Source of the DNA: Treponemataceae bacterium | GTDB taxonomy: Bacteria > Spirochaetota > Spirochaetia > Treponematales > Rectinemataceae | Assembly (NCBI GenBank): GCA_963667725.2 | Contig: CAXXHO010000005.1 | Coordinates: 1,088,001 to 1,152,000 of the forward strand | Direction of reading: 5' to 3' | Length of the DNA stretch: 64,000 nucleotides | Program-made: the position numbers and the translations under genes | Shown: positions 37,058 through 50,412 of the stretch, one piece after another | Position numbering within the stretch: the stretch's first letter is position 1 | Layout: every line of letters begins with the position of its first letter | The notes under the pieces: model-generated | Seen by the model: only the letters and a program-made list of their open reading frames with translations | Databases searched by the model: none | Told to the model about the DNA's origin: nothing

Positions 37058-39228
37058 GCTTTCTCCTCTCTGGCGATCTTGACGATATGCCAGCGGTTGA
37101 TGTTCGCGGGGCCATTCCCCTGGTGTTCGTATTTCAGCTCGTCGACGAGGGCGCGAACGATGAGGATGCCCCGCCCGCCCTCCTCGAGGGGAGGGGGAAG
37201 CTTGAGCCCCAGGCTTTCGGCGTCGAAGGCTTCGCCCGGATAGCCGATGTCGAAGATCATCCTGTCTTGCTCCAGACTGAGGTGGATAGTCATGGCGCTT
37301 GCGCCATTCGCTACTCCCGGCGCTTCGCCCGGCCTGGCATGGGTTATGGCGTTCGTCACGAGCTCGGAGGCCACGAGTTCCATCGCGTCGGCGAAGGCCT
37401 CGCCGTAGGAGAGGGAAGCGTCCCTGACGAAGGCGACGGCCGGCTCGAGACACTCCATGGTGGGGGGTGAAGAAAGCTGGAGTTCCCTCCGCGTCGCTTT
37501 CAGGACGATGAGGGTGAGGTCGTCGGCGAGGGAGCCTTCGCCCGAGAAATCCCGCACGGCGGCGAGGACTTTCTGGACGATATTCGCGGCCGACAGGCCA
37601 GAGGCCTTCCCGAGCAGGTCGATGAAGCGATCCATGCCGAAGAGTTCGCCGCCGCCTTCGGCGGCGACAGCCTCGGTGATTCCATCGCTGTAGATGACAA
37701 GATAATCGCCCGGCCGGACGCGTATCTCCAGCTGGCCTATGTCCGCTTTCTTCATGACGCCGATGGGCGGGGCGGTGGAGGGCAGGCGCCGGCATTCACC
37801 TGTGGAGGGACGGCAGAGGAGGGCTTCCGTATGTCCGGCTGAGGCGTAGGCTATGGATCCGCGATCCGTGTCGATGCGAATGAGCTGGGCGGTGAGGAAC
37901 ATCTCGGTGCGCTCGAGATCGTCATAAAGGGATTCGTTCATCTCGGCCAGAAGACTGGCGGGGGGATTGTCGGGGCTTGCGGCATGGCGGAACATCATGC
38001 GCGCCGCCGAAGTCATCATGGCGGCCGGAATGCCCTTCCCCGAGACGTCGGCGATGATTATGTCGCAGAGGGATGGGGATGGCATGATGTGATCATAGAA
38101 ATCCCCGCTGATATAGCGGGCGGGGATGGCGGCCGAAGAGTACTCGAAGCCGCGTATGTCGGGATTTTCCGTCGGGAGGAGGCTGCGCTGCACTTCGGCC
38201 GCCATCAGGATGTCCTGCTCCAGCCTTTGCTGCCGCGCCACCTCGGCCTGGAGCGCCCGTATCTGGGCGCCGCCTTCCTCCACCATGAGGCCGAGCTTTT
38301 GCGATTCAGCCTCGAAGCGTTCGCGAGCCCTGAACTTGGCCAGGAAGCTGCCGAGGCCGGCCCCGATTTCGGCGATCATGTCCAGCAGCTCCCTATTGCG
38401 CTGGATTTTCCTGCGGCTGAGAAAAAGCACGACGCCGTAGATCTTCGCCTCATCGATGAGGACGGTGCCGATGGCCGATACGAGACCCGATTCTTCATAC
38501 TCTCGTCGCCGCACCGATGAGTACAGCGAGGGCAGGTCGTCGAAGAGGCTCGCCTCGCCCCTGCTCCACAATAGCCCGGGCAGGCCGACGCCGGGGGCCA
38601 GGGTTGTCGCCACGGAAGCTTCAACGAGGCGTCTGAGCCTAGCCGATCGGCCATGCCAGAAGCTCTTCCGCCTGAGAAGGACCTCCTTGTCGTCGATCAG
38701 CCAGATCTCCCCGAGATCCCAGGTGAGGCTTCCGCATATCGTTCCGAGGATGTCGGCGAATTCGCGCTCGAGATCGGTCTCCGTCGTCTTCAAGGCGGCT
38801 ATGGAATGGCGCACGGTGTTGAAGCGCTCGGCTTTCACGCGGTCGCTGATGTCGCGCGCTACCACGATGATCTGCAGCTGCCGGGTTATGATATCGCCGA
38901 AAAACTGGAACTTGCTTTCGAACCAGCGGTAGTAGCCGTCCTTGCGCCGCAGTCTGCAGTCGATCCTCCTGTGGGAGCGGAAGAGAATTTCGGGCTCCAG
39001 GGCTTCGGCCACCGCTTTCCTGTCCAGGGGATGGATGAAGTCGAAGGCGTTCCGGCCTTCCAGCTCTCCCGGCTCGTAGCCGAGAAGTTCGAGGCTGGCT
39101 GGCGAGACATAGAGGCAGATGCCTTCGATCGAGATGCGCACTATGAGGTCGGTGGAGTTCTCCGCGAGGAGGCGGTAATTCTCCTCGTAACCTTTGCCAT
39201 CACCTTTCGCCGCGCTTTCAGTCGACAC
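37054..39228 (-). CDS. PAS-GAF-SpoIIE (PP2C phosphatase)-HATPase (RsbW-like kinase) fusion
   Basis: PAS (YVSPAS..LLGY...FIHPLD), GAF (PGVGLPG), PP2C (SGDFYD, ADVSGKG, SAGH, YSDGITEA, DDLT), HATPase (ELVTNAITH, EEGGRGI). Confidence 0.88.
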   Translation of the reverse strand: MSTESAAKGDGKGYEENYRLLAENSTDLIVRISIEGICLYVSPASLELLGYEPGELEGRNAFDFIHPLDRKAVAEALEPEILFRSHRRIDCRLRRKDGYYRWFESKFQFFGDIITRQLQIIVVARDISDRVKAERFNTVRHSIAALKTTETDLEREFADILGTICGSLTWDLGEIWLIDDKEVLLRRKSFWHGRSARLRRLVEASVATTLAPGVGLPGLLWSRGEASLFDDLPSLYSSVRRREYEESGLVSAIGTVLIDEAKIYGVVLFLSRRKIQRNRELLDMIAEIGAGLGSFLAKFRARERFEAESQKLGLMVEEGGAQIRALQAEVARQQRLEQDILMAAEVQRSLLPTENPDIRGFEYSSAAIPARYISGDFYDHIMPSPSLCDIIIADVSGKGIPAAMMTSAARMMFRHAASPDNPPASLLAEMNESLYDDLERTEMFLTAQLIRIDTDRGSIAYASAGHTEALLCRPSTGECRRLPSTAPPIGVMKKADIGQLEIRVRPGDYLVIYSDGITEAVAAEGGGELFGMDRFIDLLGKASGLSAANIVQKVLAAVRDFSGEGSLADDLTLIVLKATRRELQLSSPPTMECLEPAVAFVRDASLSYGEAFADAMELVASELVTNAITHARPGEAPGVANGASAMTIHLSLEQDRMIFDIGYPGEAFDAESLGLKLPPPLEEGGRGILIVRALVDELKYEHQGNGPANINRWHIVKIAREEKA

Positions 39229-39308
39229 TTCCGGTCACCCTCGCTGAGTTCAGGATTTCGTCACCAGGAGAGAGTCTAGCATGCTTTTCCCCGCATATCA
39301 CGCTATCG

Positions 39309-39719
39309 TCAGGCAGGCCTCGCTCGCTTTAGTTCCTGATGAATTACCTCCAGTATAAACCCTTTTTCTCGCAGCGCCGCGGCCAGGGCTTCCGCCACGG
39401 CTACGGAGCGATGCTGCCCGCCCGTGCAGCCCACCGCGACCTTCAGCGATTTCTTGCCTTGAGCCCTGAAAGAGGCCTCCATCCGCAGGATGAGTCCGGT
39501 CAGGGCATCGAGAAAGGCTTGGCTTTCCTCGTCCTTGAGGACGTAGGAAGCGCAATCTGCATCCTTGCCGGTCATGTGGCAGAGCGAAGGCACGTAATAT
39601 GGGTTGGGAAGAAAACGGACGTCGACCACGAGATTGGCCTCGATCGCGCCGTACTTGTAGCCGAAAGTCCAAAGCTCTATCGATAGCCTTCCCGCGGCTT
39701 CATCCTCTGTCCTGTTCAC
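39309..39719 (-). CDS. Stand-alone RapZ C-terminal domain protein
   Basis: TFGYKYG, DVRFLPNPYY, TGKD and AVGCTGGQHRSVAVAE...HQE; 136 aa with no N-terminal P-loop domain; GTG start inside the kinase 3' end. Confidence 0.85.
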   Translation of the reverse strand: MNRTEDEAAGRLSIELWTFGYKYGAIEANLVVDVRFLPNPYYVPSLCHMTGKDADCASYVLKDEESQAFLDALTGLILRMEASFRAQGKKSLKVAVGCTGGQHRSVAVAEALAAALREKGFILEVIHQELKRARPA

Positions 39720-40869
39720 CTAAATTCCCCTTTTGCCCGTCTGGCTGATGCCGCGGCCGGTCTCCATCAAGGGGAATGCGCAGCGTAAAGGTGGAACCCT
39801 TCCCCTGTTCGCTCGAAACGGCGATGCTGCCGTCGAAAATGGCGATGATATCCTTCACGATCGCGAGCCCCAGTCCGCTGCCTCCGGTTTGAGAGCTGCG
39901 CGCCTTATCCACACGGTAGAAGCGTTCGAAAATTCTTTCCCTATCCTCTTCCGCGATTCCGATTCCGTTGTCCGACACGGCGATCGCGAGATCTTCCACG
40001 GTCGGGCTCGCTTCCACGAGTATGAAACCGCCCTCCTGCGTATACTTAATGGCGTTCTCCACGAGATTGTGGATAGCATGAAAAAGCCAGGTTTCGTTGC
40101 CGCTGATCGTAAGCCCTTGCAGGGAGATCCGAGCCTCGAGGGCTTGGCGCTTCTTCTCGGCGAATGGAGCCAGAACGGTGAGAACCTGACGCAGCATCTT
40201 TTCGACGTCGATCGAACCTTGCCTTTCGGTGGATATTTTATTCTCCATCTTCGAAAGGAGGAGAAGCTCGGATATCAGTTTTTTAAGCCTCTCCGTCTCG
40301 ATCTCCAGTATTTCCAAGCTGCGGTTCCTGTCTTCTGGCGAAAGGTTGTCATACATTTTCAGCATCTCTATGAAGCCGGAGATGAGGGTGAGGGGCGTCC
40401 TAAATTCGTGGGATACGGTGGACACGAATTCCTTGCGAAGGCTCTCGACTTTTTTCCTTTCGGTTATGTCCTTGACGATCGCGAGAATGCCAATGAAGGA
40501 TCGTTCGCCGTATTTGCTCATCACGGGCGTTATATTCACCTGGATATCGAATCCGATGTCATTTTTCGTCTCGAAGGTCTTCCCGCTTTTTTCGATACGG
40601 GCCGAGCGGCACTCCTCAAGTATTTTTCGCATCGTCGCGTTGTGCGCTTTATTTCCGCCATCGAAGAGACAGGATCCATGGATGCCCAGGAGGCTCTCGG
40701 CGCTCCTGTTGAAAAGGACGATGCGTTCTTCGGTGTCGGTCAGGAAAAACCCGTCCTCCATCGAAGAAAACACCGAGTTGATGTAATTGTTGTGCTCGTT
40801 GTTCCGACGAGTCATCTCGTCCAGCTGATTCTGGAGCGCCGCGCATTTTTCTCGCCAGTTTTCCGTCAT
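39700..40869 (-). CDS. Cytoplasmic PhoR-like sensor histidine kinase (coiled coil-PAS-HisKA-HATPase)
   Basis: VSHEFRTPLT, NLVENAIKY, DNGIGI, IFERFYRVDKARS, GGSGLGL; no hydrophobic TM segment. Confidence 0.9.
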   Translation of the reverse strand: MTENWREKCAALQNQLDEMTRRNNEHNNYINSVFSSMEDGFFLTDTEERIVLFNRSAESLLGIHGSCLFDGGNKAHNATMRKILEECRSARIEKSGKTFETKNDIGFDIQVNITPVMSKYGERSFIGILAIVKDITERKKVESLRKEFVSTVSHEFRTPLTLISGFIEMLKMYDNLSPEDRNRSLEILEIETERLKKLISELLLLSKMENKISTERQGSIDVEKMLRQVLTVLAPFAEKKRQALEARISLQGLTISGNETWLFHAIHNLVENAIKYTQEGGFILVEASPTVEDLAIAVSDNGIGIAEEDRERIFERFYRVDKARSSQTGGSGLGLAIVKDIIAIFDGSIAVSSEQGKGSTFTLRIPLDGDRPRHQPDGQKGNLGEQDRG

Positions 40870-41564
40870 TCGATGGCTCTGAGTCCTCTGCTGCGCACCG
40901 TCTCGATATATCCCGAGCCTGTCGGGCTTGTCCCCAGCTTCTTTCGCAGATTGCGCAGATGGACGTCGAGGGAACGTCCCGCGGCGGCTTCCCTGGCAAG
41001 GTTGAGCGATTCAACTAGTTCGTTTTTTGAGAAAACAATGCCTGGCCTGCGCGAGAGCGCGGCGAGAAGGGAAAACTCGGTAGGCGAGAGCGGAACCTTT
41101 TTGCCGGATTTTTCCACTTCGAAGCCTTCCATGTCTATCGTGAGATCCTGGATACGGATCCTGCCGTCGCCGCCAGCCGCCGGTTGCCGGCCCGAGCGGC
41201 GCAGCACGGCCTCGATGCGCGCGAAGAGCTCGCGAAGGCTGAAAGGCTTCGTGATATAGTCGTCGGCGCCGAGGCTCAATCCCGTCACCTTGTCGTCCTC
41301 CTCGCTCTTCGCGGTGAGGAAGATTATGGGGATATCCCTGGTAGTGGCGTTCTGCTTCAGCGCCGCGCAGGTTTCGGCGCCGTTCATGCCGGGAAGCATG
41401 GAATCGAGGAGAATGAGGTCCGGGCGCTCGCCGCGGGCGACGGCTATCGCCTCATAGCCATCGTACGCGATGAGCGATTCGTAGTGGTTCTGCCTGAGGC
41501 TCATCACGAGGAATTCGACGATATGGCGCTCATCGTCGACGATGAGAATTCTCTTTTCGCTCAT
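40866..41564 (-). CDS. OmpR/PhoB-family response regulator
   Basis: IVDDE, LILLDSMLPG, FLTAK, GADDYITKPF, LSPTEF, RSLDVHLRNLRKKL, IETVR. Confidence 0.92.
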   Translation of the reverse strand: MSEKRILIVDDERHIVEFLVMSLRQNHYESLIAYDGYEAIAVARGERPDLILLDSMLPGMNGAETCAALKQNATTRDIPIIFLTAKSEEDDKVTGLSLGADDYITKPFSLRELFARIEAVLRRSGRQPAAGGDGRIRIQDLTIDMEGFEVEKSGKKVPLSPTEFSLLAALSRRPGIVFSKNELVESLNLAREAAAGRSLDVHLRNLRKKLGTSPTGSGYIETVRSRGLRAIE

Positions 41565-41576
41565 GCGGCCATGCCC

Positions 41577-42695
41577 TCACACTATCCGGACTGAACCTGT
41601 CGCTAGCAGGACGCCCGTCTCCCTGTCGAAAAGGAGGCAGTGGTCCCCGGCGAAGTCCACGTTCATATCCATATCGATGGGATAGTCGACGGATCCGAAG
41701 ACCACCGATGTCAATTGCTGCCCGTCGATCTGCGCTTTGACGATCGTTTCCATGCCTGAAGGGAGGGTCGAATAGATTTTGGCCGGCAAGCCCTGTTCCA
41801 CTCCCAGCCTGAGGTTTTCCGGCCGGACGCCCAGGCTCACGGGGTGGCCGCGTCGCAGCGTGATGCTCCCTGATGTGGGGGTGAACAGCATGCGCATGCC
41901 CTTGGCTTCTATCTTTATCTCGTCGAGATTCACGTTGCTGCCCGTCGCCTCGATGAAATTTATGGTCGGACTTCCGACGAAGTCGGCCACGAAGATGTTG
42001 GCGGGGCTCGCGTAGACTTGCATCGGCGGTTCGTACTGCTGGAGCAGGCCTTCCTTCATCAGGCAAATCCTGGTGGAGAGCGTCATGGCCTCGAGCTGGT
42101 CGTGGGTGACATAGACGAAGGTCGAATCGGTTTCCAGGTGGAGGCGTTTCAGCTCGGCGCGCATTTCCGTTCTCAGCTTGGCGTCGAGATTGCTCAACGG
42201 CTCGTCGAGGAGGAGGACCTTAGGTCCCGTGGCGAGGGTCCGCGCGATGGCGACGCGCTGCTGCTGTCCGCCCGAGAGCTCGCTCGGGTAACGTTTTTCG
42301 TAGTCGCCGATCTTGAGCATGCCAAGCAGCTCATCGACACGGGAGCGTATCTTGCCCTTGGACCATTTGAGGTTTTCGAGTCCGAAGGCGATGTTCTGGA
42401 ACACCGTCATATGCGGCCAGAGGGCGTAATTCTGGAACAGGAAGCCCACGTCGCGCTTGTCCGGCGCGATGTCGATGCCTTTTTCCGATGAGAAGACGAG
42501 TCTGTCATCGATAAGTATCTCGCCTTCGGTGGGTGTTTCGAGGCCGGCTATCATGCGCAGGGTGGTCGTCTTGCCGCAGCCCGAAGGTCCGAGGAGGGTG
42601 ACGAAATCGCCGTCCTGGATGACGATATCGAGGTGGTCGACGGCAGTGGACTTGCCGAACTTTTTGGTGATGTTTTTCAGCGTGATCTGCGGCAT
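41577..42695 (-). CDS. ABC transporter ATP-binding protein (FbpC/AfuC/MalK-type)
   Basis: GPSGCGKT, FQNYALWPHM, LSGGQQQR, LLLDEPLSNLDAKLR, YVTHDQ; TOBE-like C-terminus. Confidence 0.92.
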   Translation of the reverse strand: MPQITLKNITKKFGKSTAVDHLDIVIQDGDFVTLLGPSGCGKTTTLRMIAGLETPTEGEILIDDRLVFSSEKGIDIAPDKRDVGFLFQNYALWPHMTVFQNIAFGLENLKWSKGKIRSRVDELLGMLKIGDYEKRYPSELSGGQQQRVAIARTLATGPKVLLLDEPLSNLDAKLRTEMRAELKRLHLETDSTFVYVTHDQLEAMTLSTRICLMKEGLLQQYEPPMQVYASPANIFVADFVGSPTINFIEATGSNVNLDEIKIEAKGMRMLFTPTSGSITLRRGHPVSLGVRPENLRLGVEQGLPAKIYSTLPSGMETIVKAQIDGQQLTSVVFGSVDYPIDMDMNVDFAGDHCLLFDRETGVLLATGSVRIV

Positions 42696-42696
42696 A

Positions 42697-44490
42697 TCAG
42701 GTCCCGATTCCTTTATCGATGGATGCACCGGTTATCTTGTTGATGGCGGTGTTGAACACGAGCACGATGGCGACGATGAGGAGGTTAATGGCGTTGGCAT
42801 ATTGATTCCAGCCCTTTTCGTTGTACTGGAAAAGCAGGGTCGTGATGACGCGGTTGGCCGGCGTGATCAGCAACACGAAAAGCGACAGTTCGCGCATGCA
42901 GGATATGAAGGGCAGGAGATATCCGGAGAGGAAGCTCGCCTTCTGGATGGGGAAGATTATCTTCGTCATGCGCTTCCACCAGGGGATGCCCAGGATGAGA
43001 CCGGCTTCCTCGATTTCGCCCGAAAGCTGGAGCATGGCGTTGATGCCTGAGCGGGAAGCGAAGGGCAGATACTTCACGGCGCCCACGAGGACGAGAAGGG
43101 CGAATGATCCGTAAAGCGAGGGTATGATCAGCGTAGGTTTGGAGAACATCGAAAGGTAGATGGCGCCGAAAGCCATCGATGGCAGCAGGTAGGGGAAAAA
43201 GGCCAGATTGTTGACCGCGGCGGAAAGCTTCGTGCCTCTCGCGCGGACGATGGAGTAGCCGGCCAGGCCGCCGATCGTGCCCGAAAAGAAAGCGACGACG
43301 ACGGAGAGCTTGATGCTGTTCCAGAGGGCGATATAGAGGTACTTGTTTCGTAGCACGCCCGGCTCGCCCCCGCCCACATCCTCTGCGCCCTGGCCAACCC
43401 AGAACTGGGTCGTGAAATTCTTGAGGGAGTAATCGCCGGGCGCCATGATGAAGGATTCGATGGCGAAGGTGACGAGGGGCAGAATGGCTATGGCGCAGAT
43501 GAGGATCACCATCGCCGCCGAGACGGGCGTGCGGAATTTCCGCAGGTTCACGAGAGAGGAGTTGGAGCTCTTCCCGCTTATGGTGGTGAAGGATTTGCGT
43601 TTGCCGACGAACCACTGGTTGGCGGCCAGGATGAGGGTGCCGATGACGATCATGACGACGGCCATGATGTAGCCGTAGCCGGGGTTGAGGCCGTTGAGGG
43701 TGCGGTACAATTGCGTGGTAAGAACCTGGAAGCGCACGGGGGTGCCCAGAAAAGCCGGCACGGCAAAGGCGCTCATCGAAGAGGAGAATACGAGGAGAAA
43801 CGTGGAAAGAATGGCCGGCATTATGATGGGAAGGTTGATGCGGGTGATAATTTTCGCCCGCGAGGCCTTGAGGATCATGGCCGCTTCCTCGAGGTTGGCG
43901 TCCATGTTGCGCAGGATGCCTCCGATGAGGATGTAGGCGAAGGGCGAATAGTGAAGCCCCAGCACGACGCTCGTGGGGAAGATGCCGTAGGCGAACCAGT
44001 TGGGCGTGGCTATCCCCGTCAGGGCGGTGAAGAGACCTGGGGCGCCGCCGACGAGGCGATTGCGGAAGAAGTTGAGCCAGGCCATGGCGAGGGTCCAGGA
44101 AGGCATTATATAGGGAAAGATGAAGACGACGGAGATGAACTTCTTGTAGCGTATGTTGGTCCGCGTCATGAGCCAGGCCACGGCTCCGCCCAAGAGTATC
44201 GCTATGATGCTGCTGTAGAGCGAAACCTTGACCGTGTTCCAGAGAGGCTGGTAGAAGAGCTTGAGGCTCCTCTCCCCGTCAAGGAAGACCTTCCGCCAGT
44301 GGAAAAGCGTCACGTCGTTCACTTTGGCGTGTTTCACCGACATGATCTCGGAGGGGTGGACGATGAAGGTGTCCCTGACGAGGGATACAAGCGGGAAGAG
44401 CGTGAGATAGGCCAGGGCTATCGCCAGGATGACTAATATCACGTTGTGAGGCTTTTTGATGAAAGCCCTGAATCTATTGGCTATCTTCAC
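42697..44490 (-). CDS. ABC transporter permease, fused double domain (FbpB/AfuB-type)
   Basis: Two EAA loops (LEEAAMILKAS, IEEAGLILG); about 12 TM segments. Confidence 0.9.
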   Translation of the reverse strand: MKIANRFRAFIKKPHNVILVILAIALAYLTLFPLVSLVRDTFIVHPSEIMSVKHAKVNDVTLFHWRKVFLDGERSLKLFYQPLWNTVKVSLYSSIIAILLGGAVAWLMTRTNIRYKKFISVVFIFPYIMPSWTLAMAWLNFFRNRLVGGAPGLFTALTGIATPNWFAYGIFPTSVVLGLHYSPFAYILIGGILRNMDANLEEAAMILKASRAKIITRINLPIIMPAILSTFLLVFSSSMSAFAVPAFLGTPVRFQVLTTQLYRTLNGLNPGYGYIMAVVMIVIGTLILAANQWFVGKRKSFTTISGKSSNSSLVNLRKFRTPVSAAMVILICAIAILPLVTFAIESFIMAPGDYSLKNFTTQFWVGQGAEDVGGGEPGVLRNKYLYIALWNSIKLSVVVAFFSGTIGGLAGYSIVRARGTKLSAAVNNLAFFPYLLPSMAFGAIYLSMFSKPTLIIPSLYGSFALLVLVGAVKYLPFASRSGINAMLQLSGEIEEAGLILGIPWWKRMTKIIFPIQKASFLSGYLLPFISCMRELSLFVLLITPANRVITTLLFQYNEKGWNQYANAINLLIVAIVLVFNTAINKITGASIDKGIGT

Positions 44491-44502
44491 ACTATCCCTT
44501 TA

Positions 44503-45600
44503 TTAGTTGCTCGAAATCGTGTTGACGAATTCCTCGACATCAGCCCTGTTCTCGAAGAGGTAGGCGGGGTCCTCGATGATGAGCTTGGGTTCCCAGAAGG
44601 ACATGGGATGATCTGCCGGATCGACGGGAATCATCGGATTGGATGAGTAGGATCCGACATCCTTGCTCCAGGGAGCAAAACCTTCGGCGGTCAGCAGGTA
44701 CTCGATGAAGAGCTTGGCGGCGTTCTTGTTCTTCGCGTTCTTCGTCATATGGAGGAAGGCGGGATAGAGAAAACCGGAGAAGGGCTGAACATCGGTCATC
44801 GGGAGGAGGGCGAGGTTCTTCTTCGCGTCGTAGCGAGTCTTCGAGTAGACGAAGAGGCCCATGGTCTGGGCGGGCTGGCCTTTGATGCCGACGTTTTCCG
44901 AAATGGTGGTGTCGCTGTTGCCGAGGAGGAGTCCGTTCTGGAAAAAGCGTTTGATCCACTCATAGCCGGCGTTCTTCGTGGTGAGCGCGAGTTTCTTGCC
45001 GTAGAGGTTCTGATAGGCCTTTTCCAGTTTGGCGCTCCATTCGGGAGAGGTGAGCATGGTGAGGAAGTTCTGGTTGACGCCTTCGAGTTTCGGGTCCTTG
45101 AACTGGACGAGTCCCTTCCATTTTGGCTCGGTGAGTTCCCATACGTTCTTGATGACAGGTGTCTGAGTCTTTTCGCTGTTGAAGATGAATACCTTGTTGA
45201 TGTACTGGAAAACCAGGGGGTCCTGGTATTGCTTCGGAATGACGTTCTTCATCGATTCCGGGACGTAGTTGACGAGGTAGCCTGTGCTGATGAGCTGGCC
45301 ATAGACGCGGCCCGAATCCTGGGAGATGACGAAGTCGGCGCCCTGAATGTTGCCGCCCACTTCACGGGTAACCTTCTCGATAAGCTCCCCATCCTTGAGA
45401 TTGTAGGCTTCCACTTTGATGCCATACTTTTTCTCGAAGGCGGCGGCGGCGTTGGAAATGCGCGAGGTTATCGAATAGACGACGACTTTGCCTTCCTTTT
45501 TAGCGGCGGCGACGATTTCCGCGCTCGGTTCTGCCCAGGTGCCCGACGCGACAAGCGCCAGAAGTCCGAAAACGATGAACAACCTGCATGCTTTATTCAC
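44503..45600 (-). CDS. ABC transporter substrate-binding protein (FbpA/AfuA-like)
   Basis: Signal peptide; AAAKKEGKVVVYS...AFEKKYGIKV...WELTEPKWKG...AAKLFIEYLLT; GGAGG 5 nt before GTG 45600. Confidence 0.85.
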   Translation of the reverse strand: MNKACRLFIVFGLLALVASGTWAEPSAEIVAAAKKEGKVVVYSITSRISNAAAAFEKKYGIKVEAYNLKDGELIEKVTREVGGNIQGADFVISQDSGRVYGQLISTGYLVNYVPESMKNVIPKQYQDPLVFQYINKVFIFNSEKTQTPVIKNVWELTEPKWKGLVQFKDPKLEGVNQNFLTMLTSPEWSAKLEKAYQNLYGKKLALTTKNAGYEWIKRFFQNGLLLGNSDTTISENVGIKGQPAQTMGLFVYSKTRYDAKKNLALLPMTDVQPFSGFLYPAFLHMTKNAKNKNAAKLFIEYLLTAEGFAPWSKDVGSYSSNPMIPVDPADHPMSFWEPKLIIEDPAYLFENRADVEEFVNTISSN

Positions 45601-45613
45601 GATAGCCTCCATT

Positions 45614-45669
45614 TGTTAAGGTTGTGTTAAGATGGAGTCCATGCTAACCGTGGATTGGCTATCTGTCAA
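45614..45669 (-). promoter_or_regulatory. ABC/two-component operon promoter with downstream PhoP/OmpR-type direct repeat
   Basis: TTGACA (45669-45664) - 17 - TAGCAT (45646-45641); CTTAACA-CAAC-CTTAACA (45631-45614), 11-bp period. Confidence 0.65.
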
Positions 45670-45692
45670 TCAAAATTATCCGTCAAACGCAT

Positions 45693-50315
<4,623 letters not shown>

Positions 50316-50412
50316 ATGTAACTGCCGATAGTAACAGCAGCGATTCTGGAATGCAAGAGGAGATTTCAGGGATTCTTTGAGACGCTTTTTTCTATCTTCC
50401 GTTCGCGGCGGT

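Noticed and set aside
37058..37795. 917-aa version of the glycosyltransferase with an Arg-rich N-terminus
   Set aside because: The extension overlaps the PP2C gene out of frame and has shadow-ORF composition; ATG 37057 overlapping the upstream stop is the better start.
39733..41259. Long antisense ORFs (508 aa here; also 46215-47987, 59113-61236, 35687-36913, 22759-24123)
   Set aside because: They lie opposite well-supported genes, contain no recognisable motifs, and are expected from high-GC codon bias.
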